Counted from the first letter of the stretch, positions 1-12,777 are shown. The stretch: 64,000 nucleotides of DNA from Eledone cirrhosa (GCA_964016885.1 OZ024764.1:3720001-3784000), one strand, 5' to 3'. Numbers and translations: made by a program. The notes: generated by a model from the sequence alone, not told the origin.

Positions 1-43
1 TCTAATGTCTAAAGAAAATTAATTGTCACAGGAAGGCTACCAC

Positions 44-1977
44 TTAACCCTTTAGCATTTAAACCAGCCATATCTTGCCAGAATTCTCTCACCTCTTTCT
101 GTTCAAACCAGCTGTAACCGGCTGCTCATTCTGATGTTAAGGTATTGTTCTCAAAATAAATAACATTAAAATCTCATAGATTTGATATTATGTGAGATAT
201 TATGTGAGGTAAAGCCTTTACTGTGACAATACAATAGTATATATAGAGTAATGTAAATGTTATGTGAGATATTATGTGAGGTAAAGCCTTTACTGTGAAA
301 ATACAATAGTAAATATAGAGTAATGTAAATGGTATGTGAGATATTATGTGAGGTAAAGCCTTTACTGTGAAAATACAATAGTATATATAGAGTAATGTAA
401 ATGTTATGTGAGATATTATGTGAGGTAAAGCCTTTACTGTGAAAATACAATAGTATATATAGAGTAATGTAAATGTTATGTAAGATATTATGTGAGGTAA
501 AGCCTTTACTGTGAAAATACAATAGTATATATAGAGTAATGTAACTGTTATGTGAGATATTATGTGAGGTAAAGCCTTTACTGTGAAAATACAATAGTAT
601 ATATAGAGTAATGTAAATGTTATGTGAGATATTATGTGAGGTAAAGACTTTACTGTGAAAATACAATAGTATATATAGAGTAATGTAAATGTTATGTGAG
701 ATATTATGTGAGGTAAAGCCTTTACTGTGACAATACAATAGTATATATAGAGTAATGTAAATGTTATGTGAGATATTATGTGAGGTAAAGCCTTTACTGT
801 GAAAATACAATAGTATATATAGAGTAATGTAAATGTTATGTGAGATATTATGTGAGGTAAAGCCTTTACTGTGACAATACAATAGTATATATAGAGTAAT
901 GTAAATGTTATGTGAGATATTATATGAGGTAAAGCCTTTACTGTGAAAATACAATAGTATATATAGAGTAATGTAAATGTTATGTGAGATATTATGTGAG
1001 GGAAAGCCTTTACTGTGAAAATATAATAGTATATATAGAGTAATGTAAATGTTATGTGAGATAATTATGTGAGGTAAAGCCTTTACTGTGAAAATACAAT
1101 AGTATATATAGAGTAATGTAAATGTTATGTGAGATATTATGTGAGGGAAAGCCTTTACTGTGAAAATATAATAGTATATATAGAGTAATGTAAATGTTAT
1201 GTGAGATATTATGTGAGGTAAAGCCTTTACTGTGAAAATACAATAGTATATATAGAGTAATGTAAATGGTATGTGAGATATTATGTGAGGTTAAGACTTT
1301 ACTGTGAAAATATAATAGTATATATAGAGTAATGTAAATGTTATGAGATATTATATGAGGTAAAGACTTTACTGTGAAAATACAATAGTATATATAGAGT
1401 AATGTGTGAGATATTATGTGAGGTAAAGCCTTTACTGTGACAATACAATAGTATATATAGAGTAATGTAAATGTCATGTGAGATATTATGTGAGGTAAAG
1501 CCTTTACTGTGAAAATACAATAGTATATATAGAGTAATGTAAATGTTATGTGAGATATTATATGAGGTAAAGACTTTACTGTGAAAATACAATAGTATAT
1601 ATAGAGTAATGTAAATGGTATGTGAGATATTATGTGAGGTAAAGCCTTTACTGTGAAAATACAATAGTATATATAGAGTAATGTAAATGTTATGTGAGGT
1701 AAAGCCTTTACTGTGAAAATATAATAGTATATATAGAGTAATGTAAATGTTATGTGAGATATTATGTGAGGTAAAGCCTTTACTGTGAAAATACAATAGT
1801 ATATATAGAGTAATGTAACTGTTATGTGAGATATTATGTGAGGTAAAGCCTTTACTGTGAAAATATAATAGTATATATAGAGTAATGTAAATGTTATGTG
1901 AGATATTATGTGAGGTAAAGACTTTACTGTGAAAATAGAATAGTATATATAGAGTAATGTAAATGGTAAAGGGTTAA
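44..1977. mobile_element. piggyBac-like non-autonomous element (MITE) whose interior is expanded into a satellite
   Basis: TTAA at 44-47 and 1974-1977 flank inverted termini CCCTTTAGCATTTA (48-61) and TAAATGGTAAAGGG (1960-1973), 13/14 match; a TTAA site plus CCC ends is the piggyBac signature. Confidence 0.7.
186..1965. repeat. 72-bp tandem repeat, about 25 copies
   Basis: TGAGGTAAAGCC recurs at 205, 277 and onward; 24-aa periodicity in the ORF track. Confidence 0.95.
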
Positions 1978-2224
1978 ATTAAAATTTCACCAGAGATAGA
2001 TTAGCAAAATTGATAAGCTGAGGCAGGGCCTATTATTTGAAACCTGAGAGAAACTATCCTAACTTTATATTTTGTGTTGGTTATCTCCCTTGTACTGGTT
2101 TTATTTACTTAGTGAAATATCTTGACTGTACTTATTAAATTATATTTAGATATTTATTACAGTTTTAGGCTTCCATAATTTCTAGGTTCTTTTTTTAATC
2201 ATCATTTATTTAAAAATCACTATG

Positions 2225-2357
2225 TAAAGTGTAAAGTTTGAAAACAATCGATTGGGTGGTTCTCGAGTTTTAGTGATCGGACAGACAGACAGACATTCTC
2301 TGTTTTAGATATATAGACTAGCAGAAAACCACCCGATTGGGCGGTTTTCTGCTAGCA
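2225..2357 (-). mobile_element. possible Helitron-type terminal junction
   Basis: (ACAG)n tract, then ...TATATAGA|CTAG followed by a GC hairpin (CTAGCAGAAAACCACCC-GATT-GGGCGGTTTTCTGCTAG); similar hairpin+CTAG at 38563-38600. Confidence 0.35.
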
Positions 2358-2398
2358 TATATATATATATTACACACACAGAAATGTATATATATTTC

Positions 2399-2455
<57 letters not shown>

Positions 2456-2481
2456 CACACACAGAAATGTATATATATTTC

Positions 2482-2516
<35 letters not shown>

Positions 2517-2544
2517 TACACACACAGAAATGTATATATATTTC

Positions 2545-2583
<39 letters not shown>

Positions 2584-2787
2584 CACACACAGAAATGTAT
2601 ATATATTTCTGTGTGTGTATATATATATATATATATATTACACACACAGAAATGTATATATATTTCTGTGTGTATATATATATTACACACACAGAAATGT
2701 ATATATGTTTCTGTGTGTATATATATATATTTCTGTGTGTGTATATATATATATTACACACACACAGAAATGTATATATGTTTCTGT
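2358..2787. repeat. compound microsatellite-based minisatellite (TTACACACACAGAAATG...TTTCTGTGTGTG + (TA)n)
   Basis: About 7 visible units, each with an internal inverted repeat. Confidence 0.85.
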
Positions 2788-2994
2788 AGCGCTCCTCAAT
2801 TCCCCCCTCTCTCCCTCCCGCTATCCCCCTCTTGTAGTCTGTCTCTTTCTTTCACTCTCACTCTCTCTCTACGCGTGCTCAAAAAACATTCGCACGCACG
2901 TGTTTTAGCGACTATTTACTCTCTCTCTCTCTCTCTCACTCCCCCTCTCGTAGTCTGTCTCTTTCTTTCACTCTCACTCTCTCTCTACACGTGC

Positions 2995-3710
2995 GCAGCA
3001 AAATAGCACCCAACCCACACTGTAAAGTGGACGTGGAGGTGCCACAGCAAAAAAGCACCCAACCCACACTGTAAAGTGGACGTGGAGGTGCCACGGCAAA
3101 AAAGCACCCAACCCACACTGTAAAGTGGACGTGGAGGTGCCACAGCAAAATAGCACCCAACCCACACTGTAAAGTGGACGTGGAGGTGCCACGGCAAAAA
3201 AGCACCCAACCCACACTGTAAAGTGGACGTGGAGGTGCCACAGCAAAATAGCACCCAACCCACACTGTAAAGTGGACGTGGAGGTGCCACGGCAAAAAAG
3301 CACCCAACCCACACTGTAAAGTGGACGTGGAGGTGCCACAGCAAAATAGCACCCAACCCACACTGTAAAGTGGACGTGGAGGTGCCACGGCAAAAAAGCA
3401 CCCAACCCACACTGTAAAGTGGACGTGGAGGTGCCACAGCAAAATAGCACCCAACCCACACTGTAAAGTGGACGTGGAGGTGCCACGGCAAAAAAGCACC
3501 CAACCCACACTGTAAAGTGGACGTGGAGGTGCCACAGCAAAATAGCACCCAACCCACACTGTAAAGTGGACGTGGAGGTGCCACAGCAAAAAAGCACCCA
3601 ACCCACACTGTAAAGTGGACGTGGAGGTGCCACAGCAAAAAAGCACCCAACCCACACTGTAAAGTGGACGTGGAGGTGCCACGGCAAAAAAGCACCCAGC
3701 ACTCACTGTA
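2995..3710 (+). repeat. 49-bp tandem array derived from SINE body, running into the SINE tail (to about 3870)
   Basis: Unit GCACCCAACCCACACTGTAAAGTGGACGTGGAGGTGCCAC(A/G)GCAAAA(A/T)A; the last unit continues into GAGGTTGGTGTTAGGAAGGGCATCCAG. Confidence 0.9.
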
Positions 3711-3872
3711 AATGAGGTTGGTGTTAGGAAGGGCATCCAGCTGTAGAAATCAAGCCAGAATCAGTTCCCGTATGAGCAAGCCAAGGTCAGCCGACTGGAC
3801 ACTGCTAACAGGACAACTCGTCTAACCCATGCTAGCGTGGAAGACCGGACGTAAAACAGTGATGATGATATA

Positions 3873-4197
3873 TCATCATCATCATCATCATCATCAACAT
3901 CGTTTAACGTCCATGTTCCACGCTTGCATGGGTTTGGACGGAAGTTTTCCCGCTTGAGGCAAGAGTGGTTGTCATTGCTCGCATAGGACTGTCTGGCGGG
4001 TTTTCTACAGCTGGATGCCCTTCCTAACACCAACCACATTTACAGTGTGGGGCTGGGAGGTTTTTACCGTGTTGCCTACACGGCCACATTTACAGCGTGG
4101 ACTGTCTGGCGGGTTTCCTACAGCTGGATGCCCTTCCTAACACCAACCACATTTACAGTGTGGGACTGGGAGGTTTTTACCGTGTTGCCTACACGGC
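3873..4197 (-). mobile_element. RTE-LINE 3' UTR / SINE tail with (GAT)n end
   Basis: Matches the sequence following RTE ORF2 ends at 26266-26580 and 37080-37460. Confidence 0.7.
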
Positions 4198-4346
4198 CTA
4201 TATATATATATATATATGAGAAGAGGGTTGTGTAGTTACTGATAACGGGAGTTAGAAGGTAAGGGGACACAAACAAGAGATGGACAGTCTCCATTCGTCA
4301 GTAGTTACTATGGGTCACAGATGTTTCGGCACATTATTAACTATAC

Positions 4347-4540
4347 ATGGCGGTGGATTGGCAGTATCGGTAGAGAGTTGGACGCCATGCTTTCCAGTAG
4401 AGTTACGTCCCTTTACGATCTGAGTTCAAATCCTGCCGAGGTTGACTTTGCCTTTCATCCTTACGGGGTCGATAAAATAAAGTACCAGTAATGAACTGGG
4501 TAATTGCTGGCCTTGTGCCTAAAGTAGAAACAATTATTAA
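4347..4540 (+). mobile_element. SINE family 2 (tRNA-like head)
   Basis: A-box-like TGGCAGTATCGG, B-box GAGTTCAAATCC, body GTTGACTTTGCCTTTCATCC...; other copies at 28843-29000(-), 52879-52986(-), 57670-57850(+). Confidence 0.75.
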
Positions 4541-4610
4541 CTATACATCTATCCGTAGTGCGCCCATAGCCTTTTATATATCAAAAGGCCATGAGAGAAA
4601 GAAAAAAAAA

Positions 4611-4611
4611 G

Positions 4612-4643
<32 letters not shown>

Positions 4644-4646
4644 AGC

Positions 4647-4700
<54 letters not shown>

Positions 4701-4721
4701 TAGCTAGATAGATAGATAGAT

Positions 4722-4756
<35 letters not shown>

Positions 4757-4814
4757 TAGCTAGCTAGATAGATAAATAGATAGCTAGATAGATAGATAAA
4801 TAGATAGATATAGC

Positions 4815-4851
<37 letters not shown>

Positions 4852-4934
4852 GAATAGATGGATAGATAGATAAATAGATAGATAGATATAGCTAGCTAGC
4901 TAGCTAGATAGATAGATAGATAGATATAGCTAGC

Positions 4935-4977
<43 letters not shown>

Positions 4978-4980
4978 AGC

Positions 4981-5035
<55 letters not shown>

Positions 5036-5038
5036 AGC

Positions 5039-5084
<46 letters not shown>

Positions 5085-5190
5085 TAGCTAGATAGATAGA
5101 TAGATATAGATAGATAGATAGATAGATAGATATAGCTAGCTAGATAGATAAATAGATAGCTAGATAGATAGATAAATAGATAGATATAGC

Positions 5191-5223
<33 letters not shown>

Positions 5224-5377
5224 GAATAGATGGATAGATAGATAAATAGATAGATAGATATAGCTAGCTAGCTAGCTAGATAGATAGATATAGCTAGCTA
5301 GATAGATAGATAGATAGATAGATAGATATAGCTAGCTAGATAGATAGATAGATAGATAGATATAGCTAGCTAGCTAG

Positions 5378-5408
<31 letters not shown>

Positions 5409-5418
5409 AATAGATATA
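4611..5418. repeat. (GATA)n microsatellite with TAGC/TAAA interruptions
   Basis: Directly visible. Confidence 0.97.
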
Positions 5419-5679
5419 TACATTCACTAGATAAACAAATTATTTTGGTGATGTGATATTCCAATTAGAACTCAAAATACCCTGAATGTACCAACAATAC
5501 CCCCCTAATTTATCTTGAATATACCCCTATAATACCTTGAGAAGGTTCTTAAAATATCTAGGAAAACACAGGGCTATTTATAGACACAAACCTCGCTGCC
5601 AGTCAACCTGCAGCTCATCAGGTTTAAATATACTGAGAATAGCATAAACCTTCAGCTATACACCCTCCACACTTTATAC

Positions 5680-5709
<30 letters not shown>

Positions 5710-5711
<2 letters not shown>

Positions 5712-5835
5712 GATGTCCCCCAAAAATGTATACACACTTTGATTAAAATGCTGTTGAAGTGTGTATATATTTTTTGTGGACACCCTGTGTATCTATATGT
5801 GTCTGTGTGTGTGTATATATATATATGTGTGTGTG

Positions 5836-5866
<31 letters not shown>

Positions 5867-5990
5867 GATGTCCCCCAAAAATGTATACACACTTTGATTA
5901 AAATGCTGTTGAAGTGTGTATATATTTTTTGTGGACACCCTGTGTATCTATATGTGTCTGTGTGTGTGTATATATATATATGTGTGTGTG

Positions 5991-6021
<31 letters not shown>

Positions 6022-6145
6022 GATGTCCCCCAAAAATGTATACACACTTTGATTAAAATGCTGTTGAAGTGTGTATATATTTTTTGTGGACACCCTGTGT
6101 ATCTATATGTGTCTGTGTGTGTGTATATATATATATGTGTGTGTG

Positions 6146-6176
<31 letters not shown>

Positions 6177-6300
6177 GATGTCCCCCAAAAATGTATACAC
6201 ACTTTGATTAAAATGCTGTTGAAGTGTGTATATATTTTTTGTGGACACCCTGTGTATCTATATGTGTCTGTGTGTGTGTATATATATATATGTGTGTGTG

Positions 6301-6333
<33 letters not shown>

Positions 6334-6457
6334 GATGTCCCCCAAAAATGTATACACACTTTGATTAAAATGCTGTTGAAGTGTGTATATATTTTTTGTG
6401 GACACCCTGTGTATCTATATGTGTCTGTGTGTGTGTATATATATATATGTGTGTGTG

Positions 6458-6488
<31 letters not shown>

Positions 6489-6588
6489 GATGTCCCCCAA
6501 AAATGTATACACACTTTGATTAAAATGCTGTTGAAGTGTGTATATATTTTTTGTGGACACCCTGTGTATATATATATATGTGTGTGTG

Positions 6589-6619
<31 letters not shown>

Positions 6620-6743
6620 GATGTCCCCCAAAAATGTATACACACTTTGATTAAAATGCTGTTGAAGTGTGTATATATTTTTTGTGGACACCCTGTGTAT
6701 CTATATGTGTCTGTGTGTGTGTATATATATATATGTGTGTGTG

Positions 6744-6776
<33 letters not shown>

Positions 6777-6900
6777 GATGTCCCCCAAAAATGTATACAC
6801 ACTTTGATTAAAATGCTGTTGAAGTGTGTATATATTTTTTGTGGACACCCTGTGTATCTATATGTGTCTGTGTGTGTGTATATATATATATGTGTGTGTG

Positions 6901-6931
<31 letters not shown>

Positions 6932-7059
6932 GATGTCCCCCAAAAATGTATACACACTTTGATTAAAATGCTGTTGAAGTGTGTATATATTTTTTGTGGA
7001 CACCCTGTGTATCTATATGTGTCTGTGTGTGTGTATATATATATATATATGTGTGTGTG

Positions 7060-7090
<31 letters not shown>

Positions 7091-7214
7091 GATGTCCCCC
7101 AAAAATGTATACACACTTTGATTAAAATGCTGTTGAAGTGTGTATATATTTTTTGTGGACACCCTGTGTATCTATATGTGTCTGTGTGTGTGTATATATA
7201 TATATGTGTGTGTG

Positions 7215-7245
<31 letters not shown>

Positions 7246-7369
7246 GATGTCCCCCAAAAATGTATACACACTTTGATTAAAATGCTGTTGAAGTGTGTAT
7301 ATATTTTTTGTGGACACCCTGTGTATCTATATGTGTCTGTGTGTGTGTATATATATATATGTGTGTGTG

Positions 7370-7400
<31 letters not shown>

Positions 7401-7524
7401 GATGTCCCCCAAAAATGTATACACACTTTGATTAAAATGCTGTTGAAGTGTGTATATATTTTTTGTGGACACCCTGTGTATCTATATGTGTCTGTGTGTG
7501 TGTATATATATATATGTGTGTGTG

Positions 7525-7555
<31 letters not shown>

Positions 7556-7679
7556 GATGTCCCCCAAAAATGTATACACACTTTGATTAAAATGCTGTTG
7601 AAGTGTGTATATATTTTTTGTGGACACCCTGTGTATCTATATGTGTCTGTGTGTGTGTATATATATATATGTGTGTGTG

Positions 7680-7710
<31 letters not shown>

Positions 7711-7834
7711 GATGTCCCCCAAAAATGTATACACACTTTGATTAAAATGCTGTTGAAGTGTGTATATATTTTTTGTGGACACCCTGTGTATCTATATGTG
7801 TCTGTGTGTGTGTATATATATATATGTGTGTGTG

Positions 7835-7865
<31 letters not shown>

Positions 7866-7989
7866 GATGTCCCCCAAAAATGTATACACACTTTGATTAA
7901 AATGCTGTTGAAGTGTGTATATATTTTTTGTGGACACCCTGTGTATCTATATGTGTCTGTGTGTGTGTATATATATATATGTGTGTGTG

Positions 7990-8020
<31 letters not shown>

Positions 8021-8144
8021 GATGTCCCCCAAAAATGTATACACACTTTGATTAAAATGCTGTTGAAGTGTGTATATATTTTTTGTGGACACCCTGTGTA
8101 TCTATATGTGTCTGTGTGTGTGTATATATATATATGTGTGTGTG

Positions 8145-8175
<31 letters not shown>

Positions 8176-8293
8176 GATGTCCCCCAAAAATGTATACACA
8201 CTTTGATTAAAATGCTGTTGAAGTGTGTATATATTTTTTGTGGACACCCTGTGTATCTATATGTGTCTGTGTGTGTGTATATATATATATATA

Positions 8294-8326
<33 letters not shown>

Positions 8327-8330
8327 GTAT
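5710..8330. repeat. about 155-bp tandem array (17 units), each a tiny Tc1/mariner-like MITE plus microsatellite
   Basis: Each unit has GGATGTCCCCCAAAAATGTATACACACTT...AAGTGTGTATATATTTTTTGTGGACACCCTG, an imperfect inverted repeat ending in a CAGGGTGTCC-type terminus. Confidence 0.85.
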
Positions 8331-8470
8331 ATGTAAAGTTATATTTAAAATTGTTGGGTTACAACTAGTAAATATTTATAACTGATATAAAAGCACTCGA
8401 CAAATATTTGGAGTATATTTACAATATTAAATATTAAATAAATGGAAAACTATATTTATAAAACCATATT

Positions 8471-8536
8471 TATTTCATTATATATATTTCGGGGATATCA
8501 TATTAACAATATGCTATGCCTTCATCAGACAAAATA
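8471..8536 (-). ncRNA. minimal type I hammerhead ribozyme (family A)
   Basis: Reverse complement of the 8665-8730 motif. Confidence 0.7.
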
Positions 8537-8664
8537 CAATATAAACAGTTTTATAGATAAATATATTCGACATACCGTAAACCTGCTAGCGTAAACCTCT
8601 TCAAATGAAGTCGATGTTTATTACGGTATGTCGAATATATTTATCTATAAAACTGTTTATATTG

Positions 8665-8730
8665 TATTTTGTCTGATGAAGGCATAGCATATTGTTAATA
8701 TGATATCCCCGAAATATATATAATGAAATA
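8665..8730 (+). ncRNA. minimal type I hammerhead ribozyme (family A)
   Basis: Stem I TATTTTGT/ATGAAATA, CTGATGA (8673-8679), long stem II with A.C at the base, GAA-AT-ATAT-AT-A; predicted cut after 8722. Confidence 0.7.
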
Positions 8731-8805
8731 GATATGGTTTTATAAATATAGTTTTCCATTTATTTAATATTGTATATATATGTATATATATATGTATATA
8801 TATAT

Positions 8806-8869
<64 letters not shown>

Positions 8870-9280
8870 ATATTTATATACATATATATATATGTATATA
8901 AATATATATACATATGACCATATGTATATATAAACACATATATATATATATACATATATATATGTATATATATTTATATATATATATATACATATATATA
9001 TGTATATATATTTATATACATATATATATATATGTATATAAATATATATATATGTATATAAATATATACATATGTATATATAAACACATATATACATATA
9101 TATATGTGTATATATTTATATACATATATATATATGTATATATTTATATACATATATATATATGTATATAAATATATATACATATATATATGTATATATA
9201 TATATGTTTATATATATATATGGTCGCATTCTTTAAGGGTATGTCAATATTTATTTATAAAACTGATCTATATTATATTA

Positions 9281-9345
9281 TATTTTATCTGATGAAAGCA
9301 CACCATAATTTAACTTGGTGTCCTTGAAATATGTATAATGAAATA
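9281..9345 (+). ncRNA. minimal type I hammerhead ribozyme (family A)
   Basis: TATTTTAT-CTGATGA-AAG(C)ACACCA/TGGTGT(C)CTT-GAAAT-ATGT-ATA-ATGAAATA. Confidence 0.75.
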
Positions 9346-9386
9346 AATATGGTTTTATAAATATAGTTTCCATTTGTTAATATATC

Positions 9387-9450
<64 letters not shown>

Positions 9451-9768
9451 ATATGGGTGAGAAGAATACTGCTGGTTGCACATGGATAACATGTTATAAA
9501 ATGAGTCCCTCATCAGTGATTTACCAAACGATCATGGGTATTTCATTATACCTCACGTTGGAGCGATAATAACTAAAATAAGTTATTAGGACAATAGAAA
9601 CGCGTAAAGCGAGTGAGACAAGTAAACAACACAGGGGGAAGCTAACCGAAGATGGAAATAAACACAAGCAACATAGTTATTTCTTTCAGCATAAGCTGTG
9701 TGAATATATGAGCGAGTCAGAAAACAGACCTTTTGCTAGTGAATCCGGTGTTAGAAAGAATGAAAACC

Positions 9769-9806
<38 letters not shown>

Positions 9807-9899
9807 AGTACCCTAAGTATTGAGTACTTTGGTGCGTTATGGTCCACCTGGTTCCTTACCACTTTTCCCTCGCTATATATATATATATATATATATATC

Positions 9900-10282
9900 T
9901 AAGTACAGAGTGAAACCTACAGTCAGTAGGCACCTCTTAACCAAAAACACACCCCCATCCCACTACCTCTACCCCCACCCCCATCTACACCACCCCTTTC
10001 TCTGTAAAGTTATGTTGGTGCCACAACATCCAGTCCAAAATAAAGATGTTATCTAGGTGACATGACAAAAAAGCTGTAATGTGGCCGTGTAGGCAACACG
10101 GTAAAAACCTCCCAGCCCCACACTGTAAACGTGGTTGGTGTTAGGAAGGGCATCCAGCTGTAGAAAACCCGCCAGACAGTCCTATGCGAGCAAGACAATC
10201 ACTCTTGCCTCAAGTGGGAAAATTCCCGTCCAAACCCATGCAAGCGTGGAACACGGACGATGATGATGATGATGATGATGAT
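9900..10282 (+). mobile_element. RTE LINE 3' UTR with (GAT)n tail
   Basis: Near-identical to 37080-37460, which follows an RTE ORF2 C-terminus. Confidence 0.75.
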
Positions 10283-10293
10283 ATATATATATG

Positions 10294-10364
<71 letters not shown>

Positions 10365-10381
10365 ATATATATATATATATA

Positions 10382-10422
<41 letters not shown>

Positions 10423-10611
10423 ATATATATATGTGTATATATATATATATATGTGTATATGTATGTATATATATATATGTATGTATATATATATATATGT
10501 ATATATATATGTGTGTATATATATATATATATGTATAACAGATTAAAGTTTAAGCAAAGAATCGTTGCTTTGACCCTTAATGGGATCTTCTGATACGGTT
10601 TATATATCTAT

Positions 10612-11795
10612 CTAGGGCGGGTAAAATTCCCGAGATCCATGGACGAGTTCTCTCCAGTGGTCTCTGTCCCTCATCATCTCTGCCATGTTTTGCATCTCCA
10701 ACAGACCAGTGTCTGTCCTTAGGGCATCAACATATGTCAACCTTGGTTTTCCTCTTCCAGTGTGTCCATGCAGGGGATCCCACAGGAGCACTGAGTGCAG
10801 TGTCAACTCTGGATGTCGGTGAACATGTCCAGCTAACCTCAGTCTCCTCTGTGTCACTTTTGAGCTGACTTTTGGGAGGCTCCCATACAGCTCTGAGTTT
10901 TTCATCCTCAGTGTATACTGATTAATGTTCAGAGCCATCCTCAGCATTCTCGTGTAGCACCCATCCACCATCTGAGTGAGTTTCTTGGTCAGTGTCCAAG
11001 TCTCAGACCCGTACAGCAGCACAGACTCCACTACAGCAATGAAGAGGTGGACCTTCAGGTCTTCACGAAGGTCCGACTTCCACACCGATCTCAAGCTGTG
11101 GCACGCCGCCCAGGCTTTGCTCTTCCTCTCAACCACATCATCTTCCGTATTCCCAATCTTTGCTCCCAAATACAGGAAGTCCTCAACCAATTTTAGCGGC
11201 TTCCCGCCTACATTAGTGATCCCCTCTGGCTTCTCAACATTCTCTACCAGATATTTTGTTTTAGTCTCATTCATTCTCAGCCCCACACTCATCGACACAG
11301 TCTCAACCTCCTGCATCAAATCCTCTGCCTCCTTCACTGTATTTGTCACCAAAACTATGTCGTCGGCAAATTCAGCATCTGATATCTTTTTCGCCTTAAC
11401 TCTCCTGCTCTTAGCCGGTGCTACAGTAAAGCCAGAGTCCTGGTGTTTCTCCAGTGCAAGGCGCATACAATAGTCCACTACGATGATACAAAGGTAGGGA
11501 GCCAATGTATCTCCCTGGACCACTCCAGCCAGTATCTCACAGAACTCTGTCATCCCATCAGGTGTAATGACTTGGGCTTTGGTGTTGGTGTAGAGCAGTG
11601 ATATCAGGTCCACTATCTTCTTGGGGATTCCATAAGCCTGTAAGATCTTCATCAGGAAGTGACGGTCCACAGAATCAAAGGCCTTCCTAAAGTCAATGAA
11701 AACTATGACCGCAGGAAGGCACTTTACTCTAGTTCCCTCTAATATCCTCCCCAGCATCAGGATGTGACAGGTGGTTGATCTTCCCTCTCTGAAGG
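10612..11795 (-). mobile_element. 5'-truncated non-LTR retrotransposon (RTE-like) ORF2, reverse transcriptase to C-terminus
   Basis: 381-aa ORF with FIDFRKAFDSV, GVVQGDTLAPYL, FADD, FLYLG, LLYGSETW, RRLRLAGH; the stop is followed directly by an AT/TAGA tail. Confidence 0.9.
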
Positions 11796-11797
11796 TT

Positions 11798-11824
<27 letters not shown>

Positions 11825-11828
<4 letters not shown>

Positions 11829-12420
11829 TGTTATACTTGGGGAGGGTCATGTTGCCAATCAGAAACACACGCACCAGTTGCTTTCACTTCAATTTATTAT
11901 AATAAATTTATAAATTTAGGAATTTATAAATTTCCGGTTGGTTGGTTGGTTCCACAACCAGATGGTTGTTTATATATTGTCAAAGTTCTTTCGTCACACA
12001 TTCTGTGACCTCTTCAGTGACTGGGGATTCTTTTCTTTGTTTTTTTTGCCTCTCCTTTGTTCTGTCCTACGCCATCTTGTTTTTGTGTGTGTGTTGTGTG
12101 CTTAGTTTGCGCATGTGTTACATCCGGGTGTCTGTGTGTGTTTATATTCGTTTATTTATTTGTTTATTTACATGTTACTGGCTGGTTGTTTGTTCTATGT
12201 GCGTGTGTGTTTTCATTTTGTCCTTAATTGTAAGTTGTGATGTTGCTGTTCCACTCATGTTTACTATTTAATTTTGGTTGTAATTCATTTATGTTTATTG
12301 CCTCTGTGATTTGTCTAAACATTGCGTCTTTTATTGGCAACATGACCCTCCCAAAGTATAACAATATCGGTTTCAACACACGTTTTCAGATAAAGAATCT
12401 TGCTAAACAAATTCAGAAAC
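11825..12420. mobile_element. non-coding HHR-bearing insert, family B, with partial inverted ends
   Basis: 11825-11859 is the reverse complement of 12333-12367; (AT)n flanks; related copies at 20840-21200 and 26765-27410. Confidence 0.7.
11979..12021 (-). ncRNA. minimal hammerhead ribozyme (family B)
   Basis: GTCA-CTGAAGA-G-GTCACA/TGTGAC-GAAA-GAAC-TT-TGAC on the minus strand. Confidence 0.65.
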
Positions 12421-12741
12421 AAAATATATATATATATATATATAAGTATTGAAATTTCCGTTGGAAACAGAAAAGGTCATAGAAATGAAGAGTGCTCTAT
12501 GTAAGTATCAGAGCAAAATTTAATGTATAAAAATCAATACAATATAATTACCTCATTACCAGAGGTTTCCCGAATGAGGCGAATACGAAATAAACGACTT
12601 CATTATATATATTATATATATATAATATATATATAATAATTTATATTATTCAAATAGCGAGGTATAGGTAACCCATACACTATAGAAACAATTGTTACCT
12701 AATAAATTCTGTATACCCGCATTTCCATTTCATAAACTTCT

Positions 12742-12777
<36 letters not shown>

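Larger units (their letters stand above)
8335..8775. mobile_element. non-coding Penelope-like/retrozyme insert, family A, inverted duplication
   Basis: About 150-bp inverted arms (8431-8580 / 8621-8770) with a 40-bp spacer; (AT)n on both sides; each arm holds an HHR. Confidence 0.7.

Noticed and set aside
4270-4332. Minus-strand CTGACGA followed by an ATGGA/TCCAT hairpin
   Set aside because: No GAAA after stem II; the nearby GAAAC-ATCT-GTG has G at the cleavage position.
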